Assembly: GCA_039194325.1 (NCBI GenBank)
Contig: JBCCWC010000012.1
Coordinates: 64,267 to 128,266 of the forward strand
Length of the DNA stretch: 64,000 nt
DNA from: Myxococcota bacterium
GTDB taxonomy: Bacteria; Myxococcota_A; Polyangia; Nannocystales; Nannocystaceae
Direction of reading: 5' to 3'
Below are positions 58,582 through 64,000 of the stretch, piece after piece; position 1 is the stretch's first letter, and each line of letters begins with the position of its first letter. A model generated the notes under the pieces. The model ran no database searches, was not told the DNA's origin, and saw only the letters and a program-made list of their open reading frames with translations. The translations under genes were made by a program, and so were the position numbers.

Positions 58582-60423
58582 TCACTGCGCCGCGAGCGGA
58601 GTGGAAGAGGACGCGTCGGAGCGGGAGTCCGCCCCCGAGTCCCCCTCGGGACTGCTGCGATGGTAGAACGCCGTTTGGTAGGCACTATCGTCGAATCGAT
58701 AGCTACGAAAATCGCGAGCGGTGTTCGCGAGGAAGGCGTTGCGAGGCTGTCGGAGGTTGGAGAGCCGATGGACCAATCCCCCTGCAAAACCCACGCCGGT
58801 CACGAGCGCCGAGCGAGCCTGCACCCCGAGGTGGGCCAGCCGTAGCAGGCCCTTGGCCCCGTAGGTGCGACGGGTCAGGGTGGCCAGCCCGCGCATGGCG
58901 GTCATCGACGCCCAGCCGGCGCTGAACGCAAGATTGACCGTACCGGGCTCGAACTCCCGGCGCTCGACGTAGCCGTGCCAGACCGGGCTCATGCCGAGCA
59001 TGTAGTGGTCGTGCTGGTAGGAATCGGGGAATCCAGCGTTCTTGCCGCTGGCGATCAGATCGTCGAGCGTCTTGTGCAGTAGCTCGTCGAAGGGCCCGTG
59101 CATATTGCCCGCCAGCCGGGCTTGCTTGATGAAGCTGCGATCGAGGTGGTACTTGCCCATGTAAAGGGGCAACAGCTGCCCGGAGTAGCGCAAGAACTCG
59201 ATGTACATACGCCACGCCATCGCCGAAGCGTGCCCCAGGTGGCGATGGTGATTACGGTACAGGGCCGTGCTCTGGCTCACGAAATCCTGCATGAACCAGT
59301 TGTAGTCCTCGGCGAGATCTTCGATGGGCCGCCCGGCGTGTCGCTGTTCGACGACCGCGGTGTTCTGCTCGATCTGCAGGCTAGTGATCGCCAGCGCCGG
59401 CGAGTAGAAAGGATCGAGGAAGGCCGCGGCGTCGCCCACGACCGCCCAGCGATCGGGGGAGATGTAGCGCTTGGACTTGAAGGGCAGGCGCTTGAACGTG
59501 CGAAAGTCGACCGGCTCGCCGCTGCACACCATCCGGTAGAGCATCTGGTGGTACCGCTCGAGGAAGGCCATCAGACCGTCCCGCGTGTTGACGGTGCGGT
59601 TGTCGATCACCTGGTGGTGATGGACCATCCCGATGCTGAGCTCGTCGTCGAGCAGGGGGATCATCCAGCACCAGTGGCCTTTGCCGAAGAAGTGGTTGGT
59701 GCCGTAGTACTTGCAGTTGAGGGTCCCCGGCGGGCCCCCGTCGGAATCGAAGAACGAGCGGTCGGGCTTGCGAACCCGGATCCAGCTCGCCCCCGAGTTC
59801 AGCCCGCCGAAGTGCTCTGGGCCGCGGAGGATGTTGTCGAACTTCTTGCCCAGGATCTGACGGCGCCCGGAGGCATCGATCAGGTAGTCGCACTCGATCT
59901 CGGTGACGCCGTCGAGCTCGTCGCCGGCTACACACACCCGATGCGCGCCGGCGGGGCGCAGCTCGACGTCCTTGACGACCCCGCGGAGCACGTCGACGCC
60001 CAGCTCCCGGTTCATCTGCAGTAGATCGCGCTCGAGGACGCTGCGCTGGATCTGGAACGTCCCCACGTGCCCGAGGTAGGGCGACCAGATCGACCAGTAG
60101 TCGTCGAGGCGCCCGGTCTTGTTCGGGTCGCGTGGCCAGTGGAAGTTGAGCCCGTGCTTGGGCCGGTGCTTCTCGATGAGATACTCGTGCAGCTTGAGCT
60201 CCTGCATCAGGAACAACGAGCTGATCTCGATGAGCGACTCCCCGACCTTGCGGTCGGTCTCGAGCTTCTCTTCGGTCCGCCGGTCGATGACCGCGACCCG
60301 CAGGTCCGGCATACGCAGCTTGAGGTGGCGAGCCTGGGCATTCCCAGCAAATCCCCCGCCCATGATGAGCACATCATACGAGGGCTTGGGACGAGAGGCG
60401 GAGACTGGACTTTCCATGACCAT
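58582..60423 (-). CDS. Flavin-dependent halogenase-family protein
   Basis: GGGFAG, KVGES, PKHG (candidate catalytic Lys), DASGR, WCWMIP (WxWxIP) and GDAAAFLDPFYS. Confidence 0.82.
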   Translation of the reverse strand: MVMESPVSASRPKPSYDVLIMGGGFAGNAQARHLKLRMPDLRVAVIDRRTEEKLETDRKVGESLIEISSLFLMQELKLHEYLIEKHRPKHGLNFHWPRDPNKTGRLDDYWSIWSPYLGHVGTFQIQRSVLERDLLQMNRELGVDVLRGVVKDVELRPAGAHRVCVAGDELDGVTEIECDYLIDASGRRQILGKKFDNILRGPEHFGGLNSGASWIRVRKPDRSFFDSDGGPPGTLNCKYYGTNHFFGKGHWCWMIPLLDDELSIGMVHHHQVIDNRTVNTRDGLMAFLERYHQMLYRMVCSGEPVDFRTFKRLPFKSKRYISPDRWAVVGDAAAFLDPFYSPALAITSLQIEQNTAVVEQRHAGRPIEDLAEDYNWFMQDFVSQSTALYRNHHRHLGHASAMAWRMYIEFLRYSGQLLPLYMGKYHLDRSFIKQARLAGNMHGPFDELLHKTLDDLIASGKNAGFPDSYQHDHYMLGMSPVWHGYVERREFEPGTVNLAFSAGWASMTAMRGLATLTRRTYGAKGLLRLAHLGVQARSALVTGVGFAGGLVHRLSNLRQPRNAFLANTARDFRSYRFDDSAYQTAFYHRSSPEGDSGADSRSDASSSTPLAAQ

Positions 60424-60576
60424 TCAATGAGCTCCTCGGCGCAGTCGGCATCCGGCGAAGTACGTGCCCACCAGGACACGCACGGCGACGCAACGTACCA
60501 GCTTCCTGCGGGCAAGTCAGCCGTTATCGCGGTTGTAAATTCCCGGTTCCCAACAGGCGAACGTCGCAACGATCCA

Positions 60577-60651
60577 CGGTCGAGCCCGGGGCCGAGCCCG
60601 CGGTCGAGCCCGGGGCCGAGCCCGCGGTCGAGCCCGCGGTCGAGCCCGCGG
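60577..60651. repeat. 12-bp tandem repeat x6 (CGGTCGAGCCCG / GGGCCGAGCCCG)
   Basis: Directly visible upstream of the halogenase gene. Confidence 0.85.
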
Positions 60652-60869
60652 CTGAGCACTCGCTCGGCGCTCGCGATGGACCTTTCGCGAGAGCCTGCGC
60701 ACACCGCGTACACGAAGCGCGTATTCCCCGATCTCTCATCGGGGTGAACGGTCATAACTTAGAGGATGAAGCGCAACGCGGGACCGGTCGAACAGTCGAT
60801 GGATCCACGCATCCACCGATGACGGATTGCGAGCGAGACGTATTTTCGTCGAGGTCACCGCCGCTGATG

Positions 60870-60969
60870 TAGCCAGGTCGGTGGCCACTGGCATAGCCAG
60901 GTCGGTGGCCACTGGCATAGCCAGGTCGGTGGCCACTGGCATAGCCAGGTCAGTGGCCACCGACCTGGC
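60870..60969. repeat. 24-bp tandem repeat x3.8 (TAGCCAGGTCGGTGGCCACTGGCA) ending in a palindrome
   Basis: Three perfect units plus a partial one; the terminal GCCAGGTC-a-GTGGCCAC-c-GACCTGGC is a near-perfect palindrome. Confidence 0.9.
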
Positions 60970-61461
60970 CATCAGGCGGTCGATACAGTCCTCAACGACG
61001 AACCGACCACGAACCGACCACGCTCGATAACGCCAGTCACCCATAATAAAACCATCGTGTGGCTGGAACGCCATCAGCGCCGTCCAAGCCGAGTCGCAAA
61101 AGGGGGCGTTGGCCGCGTTGGCCGGGCGCGCAATCGCCTCACACACGAGCGACCCAGCCATGCCTTCGATGTTCCCCAGCCGCGCTCGCTCGCACGCAAC
61201 GCCCCGATACAAGGTTCTATTCGAGCGACGACGGCCCTCCGACTCGAAGGCCGTTCTATGGGCTGCTGCGCTCGTCTCCTGTCACGACGAGGCAAACGAC
61301 TCGAACCACCACGCGCGCTCAAACCACCATTGTCAGCACCGATCGGCCGTGATAGCGTTCTTGATAGTCGACATTTCGTTTTCGACGACCCGGTCCCTTT
61401 GCTCGGCCCCTGGCAACCGAGCGGGGCCCTTCTTTGTACATCGTCCGCATCGGTTCGAGTC

Positions 61462-63381
61462 GTGGGTAACAACATAGCTCCCCTACGGACGGTCAAGGGC
61501 CTTCCTTCTAATCCGGACGATATCTCGCCTCGCGTGAAGCGAGGGCAGCTCACCGGAGTGTTCCAGTCGCTGCCCCGCCGCAAATTCCTGCTCGACCCGT
61601 CCGAAGTCGATCTCGGGGAGCTAGAGCGCCGTGAAGTCATCCGGCCCCATGCCACCCGCTGGATGATGTTCAAGCGCGCACTGGTGTGGGTAAGCAGCCT
61701 CATGCGCTACCGGCTCGCACGGTTCCGCGACCGGCTCCGCGGCGATCAGAGCGAAGAACTCCACGGCGTTCGCCTGCGCGAGATGTTCGAACGGGTCGGC
61801 GGCACGGCCATCAAGCTGGGCCAGCAGATATCGCTACGAGTCGACATGATGTCCTACGAGGTCTGCCGCGAGCTGAGCCGGCTGATGGACGCCGTCGAGC
61901 CCTTTCCCGTCGAGTACGCCATCGAGCGCATCGAGGCGATCTCCGGCAAGACCATCGACGAGTTGTTCGAGAAGCTCGACCTCGAGCCCATCGGCTCGGC
62001 GTCCATCGCATGCGTGTGGCGAGGCACCCTTCGCGACGGGCGCCAAGTTGCCATCAAGGTGCGTCGCAAGGACGTCGGCACGCAGTTCGCGGCCGATATC
62101 GAGCTCATCTCCATGTTCACCGAGCTGATGGAGGGGGCCACGTTCATTCGCCCTGGGCTGCTGCGACACGTACGGTCCGAGATGTCGGACATGTTCTACT
62201 CCGAGCTCGATTTCATCCTCGAGGGAAACTTCCAGACGATCTTCCGTCGACAGGCCAAGCGGCACGGCATGAAGTGGGTCACCGCGCCCCGGATCCACTG
62301 GGATCTGACCGCCGAGGACGTGCTGACCAGTGAGTTCATCGAAGGAGTTCCCTGCATCGATCTCATCAAGTATCGCGAGCAGAACGACGTGCAGACGCTC
62401 GCGCAACTCGAGATGCAAGAAATCGACCCCAAGGTGATCGGCCGGCGGATCCTCGAGCTGAGCGTCTGGATGCGCCTGGGGTCGTTCTTCTTCCACTCCG
62501 ATCCTCACCCCGGGAACATGATCATCAGGCCCAAGAACAAGATCGTGATGCTCGACTTCGGGGCCTGCGGCATCAACACCCACCAGCAAGAACTCGGCGA
62601 GTTCACGATGACTCGTGCGTTCGCCGAAGGCGACGTCGAGTCGGCGGCCGCGGCCACGCTGGCGACCATGAGCCCGCTGCCCGACATCGACATCGATCGC
62701 CTCACGGCCCGCCTGCGGCAGATCTTCTGGGATCGCTACATCGACATCAACGCCAAAGACGCGCGATGGTGGGAGCGCGCCACCGCCACCTCGTTCCTCA
62801 CGGGGATCGAGGGCACGAAGGGCTTCGATCTTCCGCTCAACATCGACACGCTCCGAGTGATGCGCTCCACCCTGCTGTACGACACGGTCGGCATTCGGCT
62901 GCACCCTTCGATCCGGTACATGAAGCTCATTCGGCGCTACGCGGTCAAGCTTCGCAAGAGGAAGCTACGCCGGCGGGAGATCCGCTGGGACGGGCGCGAG
63001 GAAGTCGGCCGAGCCGCCTTCTTCCTGGAGACGGCCGGGATGATGCGCACACTCGCCAAGACCACCCGCTGGATCGAGAACACCGCGGAGCAAGTGCCCC
63101 GGCAATTCGTACGAACCTCCAGCAAGCTGACGTACACGATCTCCACGATGCTGCGAGCGTTCATGTACACCATGCTGCTGGTCTACATCGGCATCGCGGG
63201 GATGATGATCTACCTGCGGATGTCCGGAGAGGTCTCCGATCTCGTGGATGCGACGAACATCGTGGTCAACCACCCGTTCTTGATCGCCACCGTCGGCTTC
63301 ATCCTCCTGTTTGCGGTGTACCAGATCGTCAGCAAGCTCGCCGAGAAAGACCACCGGAACACCAACCGCAGGTTGATGTAG
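61462..63381 (+). CDS. AarF/ABC1/UbiB-family atypical kinase
   Basis: IKLGQ (KxGQ), PIGSASIA, VAIKV, ELDF..E, FHSDPHPGN and LDFG; C-terminal transmembrane segments. Start uncertain. Confidence 0.92.
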   Translation: MGNNIAPLRTVKGLPSNPDDISPRVKRGQLTGVFQSLPRRKFLLDPSEVDLGELERREVIRPHATRWMMFKRALVWVSSLMRYRLARFRDRLRGDQSEELHGVRLREMFERVGGTAIKLGQQISLRVDMMSYEVCRELSRLMDAVEPFPVEYAIERIEAISGKTIDELFEKLDLEPIGSASIACVWRGTLRDGRQVAIKVRRKDVGTQFAADIELISMFTELMEGATFIRPGLLRHVRSEMSDMFYSELDFILEGNFQTIFRRQAKRHGMKWVTAPRIHWDLTAEDVLTSEFIEGVPCIDLIKYREQNDVQTLAQLEMQEIDPKVIGRRILELSVWMRLGSFFFHSDPHPGNMIIRPKNKIVMLDFGACGINTHQQELGEFTMTRAFAEGDVESAAAATLATMSPLPDIDIDRLTARLRQIFWDRYIDINAKDARWWERATATSFLTGIEGTKGFDLPLNIDTLRVMRSTLLYDTVGIRLHPSIRYMKLIRRYAVKLRKRKLRRREIRWDGREEVGRAAFFLETAGMMRTLAKTTRWIENTAEQVPRQFVRTSSKLTYTISTMLRAFMYTMLLVYIGIAGMMIYLRMSGEVSDLVDATNIVVNHPFLIATVGFILLFAVYQIVSKLAEKDHRNTNRRLM

Positions 63382-63401
63382 CTCGTAGCCCCTGAGTGAC
63401 C

Positions 63402-64000
63402 ATGGCGACCCCGAGCCCCTCCCCCCTCCGCGACAACGAGCCCACCGGAGGGACCATGTTTCCCATGAACATGGACGCGTATCGGGCCGCGTACCGGGAC
63501 ATGGACGCGGACATGGGCACGGCCGTGGGCATGGGCATGGCCGGCATCTCCTCGAGCGAGTCCGAGCAAGTCAAAGATCTCAGCTACGCCAAGGGGAAGG
63601 GGAAGCGCAAGAACGATCAGCCTGAGCAAGGGCGTGGCTTCAAGGCTCCCGACCCTCCGCTACGCCTGGTGCTGTCGCGCCTGTCCGCCTGGCTCCGGCT
63701 GATCCTGCGGCTCACCGGCTCCATGCTGCTCCGGCGCCTGCTCCGGCGCACCCATACCCCCCAGCAACAGGCCGAGCACCTCCGGATGGCGCTCCAGTCG
63801 ATGGGGCCCATCGTGGCGAGGATCGGTCGGCTGCTGGCCATGCGCCTCGACCTGCTGCCTGCGGAATTTGCGCACGAGTTCTCCAAGCTCGACGACCGCA
63901 CCGAGCCAATAGACATCAACGAGGCGGTCGAGCGCATCGAGGTCGCCGCGGGTGCACCGCTCTACCAGGTCTACCGGGCCTTCGACCCGGAGCCGATCGC
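63402..64000 (+). CDS. Second AarF/UbiB-family protein (partial, runs off the right edge)
   Basis: Not in the ORF track. Manual translation gives AEHLRMALQSMGPIVARIGRLLAMRLDLLPAEFAHEFSKLDD..EP...AVERIE...FDPEPI, parallel to the upstream paralogue. Alternative ATG at 63456. Confidence 0.8.
   Translation, partial: MATPSPSPLRDNEPTGGTMFPMNMDAYRAAYRDMDADMGTAVGMGMAGISSSESEQVKDLSYAKGKGKRKNDQPEQGRGFKAPDPPLRLVLSRLSAWLRLILRLTGSMLLRRLLRRTHTPQQQAEHLRMALQSMGPIVARIGRLLAMRLDLLPAEFAHEFSKLDDRTEPIDINEAVERIEVAAGAPLYQVYRAFDPEPI

Noticed and set aside
60870..60969. 24-bp partly palindromic array as a CRISPR
   Set aside because: No spacers between units; it is a simple tandem duplication.
60736..61212. 158-aa minus-strand ORF with VATDLAMP repeats as a RiPP precursor
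   Set aside because: The peptide repeat comes from a perfect DNA duplication with almost no synonymous variation; there is no leader, RBS or RiPP maturase.

Overview
This is a high-GC, gene-dense bacterial window. Its gene content (TPR Ser/Thr kinase, Cys-rich lipoproteins, CGDG...CDDG repeat, split Fo ATP synthase operon) points to a myxobacterium, probably Nannocystaceae-like; that assignment is inferred. The left 35 kb is mixed accessory and housekeeping DNA: a Tat/diheme/lipoprotein operon, a LysR pseudogene, TetR-SDR and MBL-LysR pairs, a low-GC P-loop ATPase, a molybdate ABC operon with its own regulator, an exported PEP-synthase-like lipoprotein, an ECF sigma cassette, atpZ/I/B/E and hemL. 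The right ~28 kb (35.5-64 kb) is the main result. It looks like a natural-product cluster built on an aurachin-like core: ACP, KS, a non-catalytic chain-length factor, an adenylation-dead aryl-CoA-ligase homologue, a UbiA prenyltransferase and a Rieske oxygenase. The core is extended with a flavin halogenase, two methyltransferases, an FAD oxidase, a P450, a hydrolase and a flavin monooxygenase-P450 fusion. It is interleaved with coenzyme F420 biosynthesis and regeneration genes (cofC/D/E/G/H, fno) and a Ddn-family F420H2-dependent reductase, and flanked by a UbiB-kinase pair. Product identity and novelty are inferences that need database and chemical checks. No rRNA, tRNA, CRISPR array or transposase was recognised. 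Many start codons were trimmed by eye from the ORF track and are approximate.
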